A DNA stretch of 64,000 bases from Candidatus Sulfobium sp. (GTDB lineage Bacteria > Nitrospirota > Thermodesulfovibrionia > Thermodesulfovibrionales > UBA6898). Positions within the stretch are counted from its first letter, which is position 1; the number at the start of each line of letters is the position of its first letter. The stretch lies in NCBI GenBank assembly GCA_037380845.1, contig JARRRI010000022.1, forward strand, positions 59,163 through 123,162, read 5' to 3'. The notes below the pieces were generated by a model. It made no database searches and had not been told where the DNA came from. It worked only from the letters and a program-made list of their open reading frames with translations. Shown here piece after piece: positions 1 through 9,164 of this stretch. The translations under genes and the position numbers were made by a program.

Positions 1-3
1 GTC

Positions 4-88
4 GTCATGCCCGAGGTAGTAATCAGGCCTGCCGGCAGGCATCCATGTGTCCAAAAGTGGATCCCCGCCTGAGACCTGCGGGAATGAC
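4..88. repeat. REP-like palindromic element, family A (GTCAT(T/G)CCCG...CGGGAATGAC), with nested CCTGCCGGCAGG
   Basis: GTCATGCCCG at 4, CGGGAATGAC ending at 88, CCTGCCGGCAGG at 28-39; same layout as copies at 34894 and 53161. Confidence 0.8.
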
Positions 89-172
89 GGATTTGAAGCC
101 GTTTTTGGTTCAACGGAAGCTGGAAGATACTCGCACATAAAGAAAATCAGCCGGGGCACCGCATCGGCGTCG

Positions 173-790
173 TCACAGCGCCGTCTTCGCGTTCTCGATG
201 AAGCGCTTCATCTTTTCATGGTCCTTCTTTCCCTTCCGGTGCTCAATGCCGCTGCTTACGTCCACGGCGTAAGGCCTGACGCGGCCGACCGCGGCCGCCA
301 CATTCTCCGGGGTGAGGCCGCCGGCAAGGATGACCCTGCCGAACTGTTTCGCCTCGACTGCTATGTCCCAGTTGAAAATCCTGCCCGTCCCCCCAAGGGA
401 GTCGGGAGTATAAGTATCGAGAAGAAAGGCCGACACCAGGTTTCTGAAGCCTTCAAGGGGCGAGAGGCTTTCCAGGGACTTCACCCTGATAGCCTTCACC
501 ACGCGGCGTGAAAACGCGCACATGTCGGGGGTTTCCTCCCCGTGCAGCTGTATGACATCCAGGCCGGTCGACGACAGTATGGACTGAATATTCTCCGGCG
601 TTTCGTTTACGAATACGCCCACGGACACTACAAATGAAGGAAGCGACCTGATGATGGAGGAAGCTTTTTCAGGTGAGATAAAACGCGGGCTGTTCCTGTA
701 AAAAACAAACCCGAGTGCATCCGCACCGTACCCGACGGCGGCCCCGGCATCTTCGAGGTTTGTAATTCCGCAGATCTTTACCTTGACCAT
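173..790 (-). CDS. trpF: Phosphoribosylanthranilate isomerase
   Basis: VKICGIT, ADALGFVF, QLHGEE, LLDT..GGTG..F.W, LAGGL, DVSSGIE motifs. Confidence 0.97.
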   Translation of the reverse strand: MVKVKICGITNLEDAGAAVGYGADALGFVFYRNSPRFISPEKASSIIRSLPSFVVSVGVFVNETPENIQSILSSTGLDVIQLHGEETPDMCAFSRRVVKAIRVKSLESLSPLEGFRNLVSAFLLDTYTPDSLGGTGRIFNWDIAVEAKQFGRVILAGGLTPENVAAAVGRVRPYAVDVSSGIEHRKGKKDHEKMKRFIENAKTAL

Positions 791-792
791 TT

Positions 793-833
793 TTACAATA
801 TACCAGGCGGATAATCCGCCTGGTATATTGTAA
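793..833. promoter_or_regulatory. Perfect 20-bp inverted repeat carrying an extended -10 (TG-G-TATATT) 6 nt before the trpF ATG
   Basis: TTACAATATACCAGGCGGAT-A-ATCCGCCTGGTATATTGTAA; no Shine-Dalgarno before trpF. Confidence 0.6.
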
Positions 834-841
834 TATTTAAT

Positions 842-2100
842 CTAGACGACGGGCAATCTGTCGAGGGCTTCCTTTATCTTCTCCTCCGGATATTCATAGT
901 CGACCAGTTTCCCGGAAAGGTAATTCTCGTAGGCGGCCAGATCGAGGTAGCCGTTGCCGCTGAGGTTGAAGAATATAGTCTTTTCCTTCCCCTCTTCCTT
1001 TGCCCTGAGGGCCTCATCGATAGCCCCCCTGATGGCATGCGCGCTTTCCGGAGCCGGGATTATCCCCTCCGTCTTCGCGAACTGGATGGCGGCCTCGAAC
1101 ACTGCCGTCTGTTTATAGGCAATCGCCTCCATGAGATTGTCGTGATAGAGCTGGCAGACCAGAGGGGAATCGGCATGATACCTCAAGCCCCCGGCATGTA
1201 TTCCTGGCGGCACAAAATCATGCCCGAGGGTATACATCATCAGGAAGGGGGTGAGGCCCGCTGTGTCGCCGAAGTCGTATCTGAATTCTCCCTTTGTAAG
1301 GGTCGGGCATGATGTCGGTTCAACGGCGATTACCCTTAGGTCCTTCCCGTTGATCTTGTCCTGCAGGAAGGGGAAGCTCACCCCGCCGAGGTTGCTGCCG
1401 CCTCCGCAGCAGCCGACTATGACGTCGGGATAGTCCCCGGCGAGTTCGAACTGTTTTTTGGCCTCCAGTCCGATGACGGTCTGGTGCAGGAGGACATGGT
1501 TCAGGACCGAGCCGAGGGCGTAGTTCGTATCGCTGTGAGTGGCCGCGATCTCGACCGCCTCTTCCCGCCCCAGGTCTCCATCATGATTCGCCGGTAGGGC
1601 TTCTGGTCATAGCTGACCTTGACCATGAAAACGGTTATGTCGATACCGAAAAGGCTGCCCGCAAGCGAGAGCGCCGACCCCCACTGCCCGGCCCCGGTCT
1701 CGGTAGCGATCCTTTGTACCCCTGCAGCCTTGTTGTAATATGCCTGGGGTATCGCCGTGTTGGGCTTATGGCTTCCGGCCGGGCTGACGCCTTCATATTT
1801 ATAGTAGATCTTCGCGGACGTACCGAGGGCCGCTTCGAGCCTGTGCGCCCGGTAAAGGGGAGACGGTCTCCAGAGGCTGTAAATCTTCAGGACTTCTTCG
1901 GGTATGTCGATCCACCGCTCAGTAGTAACTTCCTGCTCTATGAGTGACATCGGAAAAATCGCGCTCAGATCGTCGGGCCCCACCGGCTGTTTAGTCCCGG
2001 GGTGTAGGGGGGGCTTCGGAAGGTTGGGCATGTCCGCCATTATGTTGTACCACTGTTTCGGAATGTCCCTGTCGGGCAGTACGATCTTTGTCTCTTGCAT
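842..2100 (-). pseudogene. trpB: TrpB2-type tryptophan synthase beta-like PLP enzyme, broken by an internal deletion and frameshift near 1560
   Basis: N part: WRPSPL, GSHKPN (PLP Lys), [15 protein letters not shown] part resumes in another frame at 1561: [47 protein letters not shown]. Confidence 0.85.
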
Positions 2101-2218
2101 GGTTTTCCTCCAGAATGTTATTGTCTCGCCGGCCTTGCAGTCAGCTCATGGCAGTTCTTTACCCACCAATTAAGATAGCACAGATCCGGGGTACAGTGAA
2201 ATGAACAGTGCTTCGTTA

Positions 2219-3058
2219 CTAATCGCAGGGACAGAGCGCTTCGGCCTCCCTTTTCAATGCCCGGGCAGTGGCGTGGTCGATGCCGCTTTTCCTGACGAGG
2301 ACTTGTTCCCCCATGCTTGCAATGTCCTGGGCCAAAATAATGTTGTGGCTGAAAAGGGCCTCCAGTGTCCTTTTGCGTGCGGAGTGAAGGATCGATGCAG
2401 GATAGAGTTTCCGGTCTTCTATTGTCCTCTCAAGACTCTCCTTATCCGGGTACTTCCAGCTCATCACCCTCAGCCCGACGCATTCGGCATATTTTATCGC
2501 GTCCGAAGTACATCTGGTGTTCGTAACCAGCATCCCGTAATGTACGCCCCGGGGATGCCCCGGCTTGAGTTCGCAGGCCTTCCTGATATCGACAAACCTG
2601 GAATGCACGTAAAGGGCCGTCTTTACGTCCGTGGCCGTCCCGCCATCGCTGTGGTACTTGCACTCGACAACGAAGTGCTCCCCCTTCCTTGTCGCCAGGA
2701 CGTCCACTTCGTGCTTGACGCAGTAACCGTCCATGATCCTGTCCACTGCCGTAGAATACCCCTGGGCCTTGAGGATGCGGGCGATATATCTTTCGAACCT
2801 GAAGCCTGCAGGACCCAGGGCGTAGAGCGCATTCTTCAGGGAATATCTCATTCCCGAGACCCGGTTGTGCCGCCTCAGGAGTCTTTTTGCCATCCTGAAG
2901 ACAGCCTTCGTGCTGGCTTCGGGCGGAACCTGCCGGCCGACCTTCCTTGCGATATCCAGTGCGACGTCTTCCGGCGCACCGGACCTCATCAGTGAATCGG
3001 CAAGCTTCCGCACGTCGAACTTCTGCGGCACACCCGACGCCTTTACAATATCGACCAT
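2219..3058 (-). CDS. ATP-cone domain + Mrr-like (PD-(D/E)xK) restriction-endonuclease-fold protein
   Basis: N-term IVKASG...FD..KL..SL (ATP cone); GF.FE.YIA.IL...GY, EVDVLA, VECK, TNT..T.DA. Confidence 0.8.
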   Translation of the reverse strand: MVDIVKASGVPQKFDVRKLADSLMRSGAPEDVALDIARKVGRQVPPEASTKAVFRMAKRLLRRHNRVSGMRYSLKNALYALGPAGFRFERYIARILKAQGYSTAVDRIMDGYCVKHEVDVLATRKGEHFVVECKYHSDGGTATDVKTALYVHSRFVDIRKACELKPGHPRGVHYGMLVTNTRCTSDAIKYAECVGLRVMSWKYPDKESLERTIEDRKLYPASILHSARKRTLEALFSHNIILAQDIASMGEQVLVRKSGIDHATARALKREAEALCPCD

Positions 3059-3148
3059 CAGCAGGAATTTTACACTATTCCATGTTTTTCTGGAAATACA
3101 GCCGGGGCCGTTATGCTATAATTCTGCTAAAACCGCAGGGGAGGGACA

Positions 3149-4078
3149 ATGAGATTGCATCGGGATGTACTAAGTCTGATCGGGAACACTCCATTGGTGA
3201 GAATCAATCATCTGACGGCCGGCGGCGATGCAGAAGTCTGGGCCAAACTCGAAGGAAACAATCCGGGCGGCTCCGTAAAGGACAGGATAGCCCTTTCCAT
3301 GATCGAGGCGGCTGAAAAGGAAGGAAGATTAAAGGCGGGAGGCACGATCATCGAGCCCACCAGCGGCAACACCGGGATCGGTCTGGCCATGGTGTCTGCG
3401 GTAAAAGGTTACAAACTCATCCTCACCATGCCCGAAACCATGTCCATGGAGAGGAGGCAGCTCCTGCTGGCATACGGCGCCGAACTTGTCCTTACGGAGG
3501 GCGGAAAAGGTATGGCCGGCGCGGTCGCAAAGGCGGCCGAAATCTCGAAGACGAATCCGGACTATTTCATGCCCCAACAGTTCGAAAACAGATCGAATCC
3601 CGAGGTGCATAAAAGGACCACCGCCGTCGAAATTCTGAACGACCTCGGGTCTCCCCCGGACGGTTTCGTGGCAGGCGTCGGAACCGGGGGTACGATAACC
3701 GGGGCGGGTGAAGCCCTGAGAGAGCGGAACCAGTCGATATGGATAGCAGCGGTTGAGCCCGCGGCCTCACCCGTTCTGTCCGGCGGCAAGGCGGGACCCC
3801 ATAAGATAGCGGGTATCGGTGCGGGTTTTGTGCCCGGTGTTCTCAACACAAAAATCTATAATGAAATAATAGCTGTCAGCGACAATAACGCGGCCCGGAC
3901 GTCAAGGGAAATGGCTGTAAAAGAAGGGGTGCTCCCCGGAATATCTTCGGGCGCCGCAATGTGGGCGGCACTGCAGGTCGCGAGGAAGCTGGGGGAAGGC
4001 AGGAAAGTGGTTGTCATTCTGCCGGACCGCGGAGAACGTTATCTGAGCACCGGACTGTTCGCTCCAGAATCCCCTTAA
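3149..4078 (+). CDS. cysK: Cysteine synthase A
   Basis: IGNTPLV, NPGGSVKDR, EPTSGNTG, GVGTGGT, GISSGA, PDRGERYLS; GGAGG RBS. Confidence 0.97.
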   Translation: MRLHRDVLSLIGNTPLVRINHLTAGGDAEVWAKLEGNNPGGSVKDRIALSMIEAAEKEGRLKAGGTIIEPTSGNTGIGLAMVSAVKGYKLILTMPETMSMERRQLLLAYGAELVLTEGGKGMAGAVAKAAEISKTNPDYFMPQQFENRSNPEVHKRTTAVEILNDLGSPPDGFVAGVGTGGTITGAGEALRERNQSIWIAAVEPAASPVLSGGKAGPHKIAGIGAGFVPGVLNTKIYNEIIAVSDNNAARTSREMAVKEGVLPGISSGAAMWAALQVARKLGEGRKVVVILPDRGERYLSTGLFAPESP

Positions 4079-4122
4079 ACGGCTGTGCGCATGGCAGGAC
4101 TTCGGCAAAAGAAAGGACTCTT

Positions 4123-4674
4123 ATGAGAAAAATCCAGGTCTTTTTCCTTTTAATCGTCATCGGTTCCCTGCTTTCGTGCGCTCCTGCACTATCCAAAAAG
4201 GAGGCGGCGACGATCGTGAGGCAGTATATGGGCTATCCGAAGCCCTTAATGGGTATCGTGACGGCAGGGCCGGCGGGAGGGCCGGCGATTAAACAATTTA
4301 TGAAGGGAATACACAAACTGGAAGCGGAGGGATATGTCTCCGGACAACCTTCGAAGAGCCCGTCCGGGAAATCCTACCACCCTACTGAAAAGAGCAGGGA
4401 TTACATGGTGGGGATATACATTAAAGAATCTTACCCTTTATATGAAGGTGCTGTCTGCAGGGAAGTCCTCAAGTCAATAGAAGACATAGAGTATACCCGG
4501 GGGCATGATGCGGCCACTGTAACCTTCACCTCCGGACTCGAACCAATTGAGCCGGTGTACTCGCTTCTGTGCATAAACAAGTACTGCGACTGTTTCGGGA
4601 AGGATTTTAAAGAAACGCAGACCGTTAAACTCAAGCTCCACAGATACGAAAAAGGCTGGCTGATCGGAGGATAA
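4123..4674 (+). CDS. Hypothetical lipoprotein
   Basis: ATG at 4123 after AAAGGA; MRK + hydrophobic stretch + LLSC lipobox. Confidence 0.7.
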   Translation: MRKIQVFFLLIVIGSLLSCAPALSKKEAATIVRQYMGYPKPLMGIVTAGPAGGPAIKQFMKGIHKLEAEGYVSGQPSKSPSGKSYHPTEKSRDYMVGIYIKESYPLYEGAVCREVLKSIEDIEYTRGHDAATVTFTSGLEPIEPVYSLLCINKYCDCFGKDFKETQTVKLKLHRYEKGWLIGG

Positions 4675-4880
4675 ACCCACCCGCCCTTCACAGCTTGTCC
4701 TCCTGCCGGCTGTTTTACCTTATCATCCCTCCGGCAGATGCCCTTCATGCATTGCCGCCGGCGATTTGAAAAACTCTTTACCAAAAATATAAAATATTTA
4801 CTGTAGAATTTGACCGCTTCATAATTTCTCTGCCAGGCAGGCCTGAGGATTTAATATTTTTTTCGGAGGGATCGGTGCGT

Positions 4881-5627
4881 ATGGATGCCGCAAAAGACAA
4901 CGAAAAGACACGGGAGGAGATTTTAGCGGAAGTAGAGGCCCTGCGCAGACGGGTGTCCGAACTGGAGGCGATCACGAAAGACCTTACCCGTGCCGACAAG
5001 GTCATGAGGATGGCCGTAGTTTCGGCCACTGAAGAGCAGGCCCGGACCCAGGCGATAATTGCCGCCCTGGGAGACGGCATAAGCATACAGGACAGGAATT
5101 TCAGGGTCCTCTTTCAGAATGAAGTCCATAAAAGCCTGGTCGGCGAACACACGGGCGAGTTCTGCTATAAGGCTTACCGGGGAAGGGACACCGTCTGTGA
5201 CGGATGCCACCTCGTCATTTCATTCAGAGACGGCAAGGTCCACAAAAAAATACAGAGCAGGACGACGGAAGAAGGAACCCGCTACTTTGAAATCGCCTCT
5301 TCTCCCCTGAGGGATTCTGAAGGCAACATCGTGGCCGGAATCGAGGCCGTCAGGGAAATAACAGACCGGAAAGTGGCGGAGCTGGACCGGGAAAGGCTTA
5401 TCTCGGAACTCCAGGAAGCAGTGGAGAAGATAAAGACCCTGAAGGGTCTGCTGCCGATCTGCGCATGGTGCAAGAAGATTCGTGACGACAGCGGGTACTG
5501 GAAGAAGGTCGAGGATTACCTCGAAGAGCATACCGACGCACTGTTCACTCACGGCATATGTCCGGAATGCTACAAGAAGGTAAACCCCGGCGGGCAGCCC
5601 GAAAGAGAAGAGGACACCCGAAAATAA
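4881..5627 (+). CDS. PAS-domain protein with C-terminal Cys-rich (LKGLLPICAWCKKIRD...HGICPEC) domain
   Basis: PAS motifs (GEFCY, C..C, SPLRD..G.I...IE..R.IT), coiled coil, then the CxxC...CxxC module; GGAGG upstream. Confidence 0.85.
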   Translation: MDAAKDNEKTREEILAEVEALRRRVSELEAITKDLTRADKVMRMAVVSATEEQARTQAIIAALGDGISIQDRNFRVLFQNEVHKSLVGEHTGEFCYKAYRGRDTVCDGCHLVISFRDGKVHKKIQSRTTEEGTRYFEIASSPLRDSEGNIVAGIEAVREITDRKVAELDRERLISELQEAVEKIKTLKGLLPICAWCKKIRDDSGYWKKVEDYLEEHTDALFTHGICPECYKKVNPGGQPEREEDTRK

Positions 5628-5670
5628 CGTCTGTAGATTGACCAGCAGGCCGATGAAAAGCCTCGGGTTT

Positions 5671-5811
5671 GTCATTCTCCGGTTCAAGTCGCCTTCGGCG
5701 CCGCCAGAGGCGGGTAAACCGGAACGGGAAATCAACGTCAGGCCTGAGCACTGAAAAACCTGGATTCCCGCACGTGAAGCGCCTGCTCGCCGGCAGGCAC
5801 TCCGGAACGAC
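5671..5811. repeat. Degenerate family-A REP-like element between convergent genes
   Basis: GTCATTC...TGGATTCCCG...GCCGGCAGGC...GGAACGAC. Confidence 0.55.
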
Positions 5812-5835
5812 ATGCAAACCGGGAAACCTGCAATT

Positions 5836-6243
5836 TCACTTACCCTTCGTAACCTGCGGGTCTTCTCTGCAGTCATACCTTCTGCATCTCAAAGGCCTTT
5901 CGGACCAGACAGAGCACCTGAGTGAACCTCGTTCAAGATGCGGGCAGTATCCGTCGCCGTCCCTTGCGATGAAGAAGGGCCGGGAAAGGTTATGCTTCAG
6001 ATGGCCCTTCCGTACCTCCTCTTTTGTGAGCGCGAACTGAAAAGTACAGCAGACCGCCCTGCACCATTTCAGGTTCGATTCGCAGTCCACGCTCGCATCG
6101 GGCACGCCCTCGTCTTCCTGCCCGTAAACGGCACAGACCCCCATCTCCATCATCTTTTGCATGAGGGACAGGATCTTCTCTCTATGCTCTGCCGATATGT
6201 TCAGAGCGTCCGGACCGGATTCCATCAGTGGGTCGTCATCCAT
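5836..6243 (-). CDS. YkgJ-like cysteine-cluster (Zn/Fe-S) protein
   Basis: C...CRAVCC, CPHL, CSVW..RPLRCRRYDC. Confidence 0.8.
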   Translation of the reverse strand: MDDDPLMESGPDALNISAEHREKILSLMQKMMEMGVCAVYGQEDEGVPDASVDCESNLKWCRAVCCTFQFALTKEEVRKGHLKHNLSRPFFIARDGDGYCPHLERGSLRCSVWSERPLRCRRYDCREDPQVTKGK

Positions 6244-6246
6244 ACT

Positions 6247-7002
6247 TCAGGGACCCCAGTTGATCACCCGGTCACTGAAATCCACGTAATACTTTAACCC
6301 CCTCAGGAAATCCATGCCCAAAAGGCCGTCCCGTCTCTCGCGAAGCCCTTTTTCTTCCATGATGGAAACTATCATATCCCGCTTTGTGTGGGGACCGACA
6401 CTGACATATCCGAGCCTTGCGAACGCGGCCTGGAGGACGGCTCCCCCGACCACCTGCCCCTCTCCTCTCACTGTTTCAGCAGGATCTATACCCAGCTGGT
6501 CCGCTATATCGGTGTTTATCATCGTCACCGTGGCTCCCGTATCGAGCACAAGCCGGACGTAAACCGTTCTTCCCTTGTATTCCAGGGTTGCCGGTACCAG
6601 CACATGATTGCCTGATATGGCAACCTTCGTCTGTCTGCTGTCCTCCCCGCCGTACGGCCTGCGCGGCCCTGTCGACCCTACATATTGCCAGGACTCCTTC
6701 TTCTGCGGCCTGTCCAGAGTTTCGCACTGCACGTACCCTGTGACCGACGTTTGTCCCTCTTCAGTGACCCCGCACCAAGCCCCCTCCGGCCCCTCGATCT
6801 CGACATCAACGACCACCTGCTCCCCCTTCCCGAGATATTTCAGCAGCCTGCTGTCGGCGGACATTCCCGAATATACCGGAACCCTATCCGACCTCACGAC
6901 CGCGCCGTCCGCCGACGCCTCCGCCCTTCCGTTGTAAAGCGGGCAAGCGCCGCAGATTATCAGGATGACAAATGCCGTAAAAAAATATCTAAAGATGTTC
7001 AT
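6247..7002 (-). CDS. Exported SH3-like + retropepsin-type aspartyl protease
   Basis: Signal peptide; SH3-like W..V...GYV; LDTGAT catalytic motif; GLLGMDFL. Confidence 0.85.
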   Translation of the reverse strand: MNIFRYFFTAFVILIICGACPLYNGRAEASADGAVVRSDRVPVYSGMSADSRLLKYLGKGEQVVVDVEIEGPEGAWCGVTEEGQTSVTGYVQCETLDRPQKKESWQYVGSTGPRRPYGGEDSRQTKVAISGNHVLVPATLEYKGRTVYVRLVLDTGATVTMINTDIADQLGIDPAETVRGEGQVVGGAVLQAAFARLGYVSVGPHTKRDMIVSIMEEKGLRERRDGLLGMDFLRGLKYYVDFSDRVINWGP

Positions 7003-7115
7003 CGTGCCGCCTCCGGTATACCCTCATCCATAATATATCCAAATTCATCTGCTTTATATAGCCCCTCTTATGAGGCTACGGGAAACTATCGCAAAATTAA
7101 GCCTCTAAATAATTC

Positions 7116-7186
7116 GTCACTCTCGCCAAGGGGGAGGGCAACTTCGGGACTCGAACAACATGGATTCCCGCCTCCGCTGGGATGAC
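7116..7186. repeat. Family-A REP-like element
   Basis: GTCAC...TGGATTCCCGCCTCCGCTGGGATGAC. Confidence 0.6.
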
Positions 7187-7355
7187 GCGATTCTACCTGA
7201 TAGCGGCAAAAAATCAATTTTCAGGTGGGTCCCAGTCTTCTTTACACCCCTGCCATTTTTCCGGTACAATTGTCTCATCGGGTCGGGATGTGCAATTCAC
7301 ATGCATGCCCGTGGAACCGTCCGGTGAAGTCCTTTACAATCTGTCCGGGTTTCGG

Positions 7356-8111
7356 ATGATTAATAAAAACTTCTGCCTTGTTCCGCTTATTTTATTCTCA
7401 TTGGTTTGTTCGCACGCATTTGCGGGTCAACCGGTTGAGAAAGGTACGGCCCGGTGCCGGTCGATTCCTCCTTCGAGGTATCAAACGGCACTGATATTCA
7501 ATCCTCCGCATCTGCAGACCATGTTTGAGAGATCGGAGTGCCTTCAAAAGGTGGCGATAAAACTGAGAGACGAATCGCTCTGCCAGGAAGTAAGGGAGCG
7601 GAAGTCGATATTCTTTGACGGTTCCGGCATCTCGCAAAGAGTCTGCCTCCGTAAGGTCAGGGAGAAGATCAGGGAGGACCGGGTTTATGCAGGCTCAATA
7701 ACTGACATTCAGCACTTGAAGGGAGTAACCTTCAGTATAAACGCCAACGGAAGAGATTTAGACATGAAGGTAACGACGCGCGGAAGGTATGGTCACCCCT
7801 ACAGATTGCGTGTTGTTTGTTCCGGGAAAGAGGGTGTTGCAGTTATTTATGATCGAAGAGTGCCCCTGGCGGGATCCGGTCAATCTTTATCGCTTTTCCT
7901 GAGAACAAGAGAACTGAAGAGAAAATTGGGCCATTGTTGGCACGATGGTCTGGAGCTCCGCTCTGTTTTGAGTCCGGAGCCGTCCGGCCGGGATGAGGAA
8001 TTTATTTTTTCCCATATACCGTTTTCCGAAAAGACGAGTTCAGTCACCACCACGGTCAATTTTTCAAAGTTGTTTCACGGGAATCGTTTCCATAAAGAAG
8101 AAAGGAGATAA
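7356..8111 (+). CDS. Hypothetical exported protein
   Basis: ATG at 7356 gives a signal peptide ending HAFA; C..I...Y and SECLQKVA...C Cys pattern. Confidence 0.6.
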   Translation: MINKNFCLVPLILFSLVCSHAFAGQPVEKGTARCRSIPPSRYQTALIFNPPHLQTMFERSECLQKVAIKLRDESLCQEVRERKSIFFDGSGISQRVCLRKVREKIREDRVYAGSITDIQHLKGVTFSINANGRDLDMKVTTRGRYGHPYRLRVVCSGKEGVAVIYDRRVPLAGSGQSLSLFLRTRELKRKLGHCWHDGLELRSVLSPEPSGRDEEFIFSHIPFSEKTSSVTTTVNFSKLFHGNRFHKEERR

Positions 8112-8115
8112 CAAG

Positions 8116-8532
8116 GTGAAAAAGATCGTTGCAGCCGTCGTTTTGGCGGGGGTGCTGATGGCCGGTGTCTCTTCGGCAATAAACAGTGATAAAGAAAAGG
8201 CGGCGGTCGCCGTTGCGGAAAAGTGGCTGGCTTTGGTAGATGCAGGCAAATATTCGGAGAGCTGGAGCGAGGCTGCCGAATATTTCAGGAATGCAGTCAC
8301 GCAGGACCAATGGCAACAAAAGCTCCGGGCTGTCCGAACGCCTCTTGGAAAGGTGATTTCAAGAAAACTCAAAACAGCCGCTTTCAGGTCGCAGTTGCCC
8401 GGTGCGCCGGACGGTCAGTATGTGGTAATCCAGTTTAAAACCTCTTTCCGGAACAAGAGATCTGCAATCGAGACTGTCACACCCATGCTTGAGAATGGAA
8501 TTTGGAAGGTATCGGGGTACTACATAAAATAG
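8116..8532 (+). CDS. DUF4019-family exported protein
   Basis: GTG after AAGGAG; A..WL.LVD.G.Y..SW, R.PLG, LPGAPDG.YVVI.F.T.F, W.V.GY.I. Confidence 0.85.
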   Translation: MKKIVAAVVLAGVLMAGVSSAINSDKEKAAVAVAEKWLALVDAGKYSESWSEAAEYFRNAVTQDQWQQKLRAVRTPLGKVISRKLKTAAFRSQLPGAPDGQYVVIQFKTSFRNKRSAIETVTPMLENGIWKVSGYYIK

Positions 8533-8601
8533 CTATAGAAATGATTCCCGGACTACAGGGGAATGGAAACCTGTAGTGTGGAGAGCAGGACGGAGAGACA
8601 T

Positions 8602-8815
8602 GTGAAGACCGCTTTCATCTGCTCCGAAGACTTCGCGAAGTACGACTATGGGCCGGATCATCCGCTCAAGCCCTTCAGGCGTCCTCAAGTCTGCAACGCC
8701 GGCCTCCGCATGCCGGAGCAGGAACGGACTGGGCGCAGGGGACAATCCCGTATTCAAAGGGGTTTTTGAGTGGTCGCGGCTCGTGGCCGGAGCATCCCTT
8801 CAGGCTGCCGATCTC
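8602..8815 (+). pseudogene. Decayed second copy of the acuC 5' end
   Basis: Aligns to 14946-15290 with one ~125-bp deletion plus 1-bp and 5-bp deletions. Confidence 0.9.
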
Positions 8816-8857
8816 TTCTGGCCTTTTTTATCGGGAAGAAGCTTTCGGTCTATCGAT

Positions 8858-9133
8858 GGATACATGCGCATGTACTGGTCGAAAAAGATACTCGACTGGT
8901 CGCGGTCACCCGAAGAGGCAATGGCAACCGCGATCAGTCTGAATGACAGGTATGAACTCGACGGCAGGGACCCCAACGGCTATGCCGGGGTCGCCTGGAG
9001 CATCGGAGGAGTGCACGACAGGGCCTGAGCCGAATGCAGAGTGTTCGGAAAAATAAGGTATATGAGTCACACCGGTTGCAAGGCAAAGTTCGATGCAGAA
9101 GCTTATGAGGAATATGTTGAAACCCTGCCCTGA
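8858..9133 (+). pseudogene. C-terminal fragment of a class II CPD photolyase
   Basis: [41 protein letters not shown], then VFGKIRYM; TGA at 9026 replaces the usual Trp; most of the gene is missing. Confidence 0.88.
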
Positions 9134-9164
9134 ACAGGGATTTATACCGGCCGGGCCGCGAGGA

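Noticed and set aside
9026..9028. In-frame TGA in the photolyase fragment as possible selenocysteine or recoding
   Set aside because: It aligns with a Trp, not a Cys, in a gene that is already truncated, and TGA is the normal stop for many genes here
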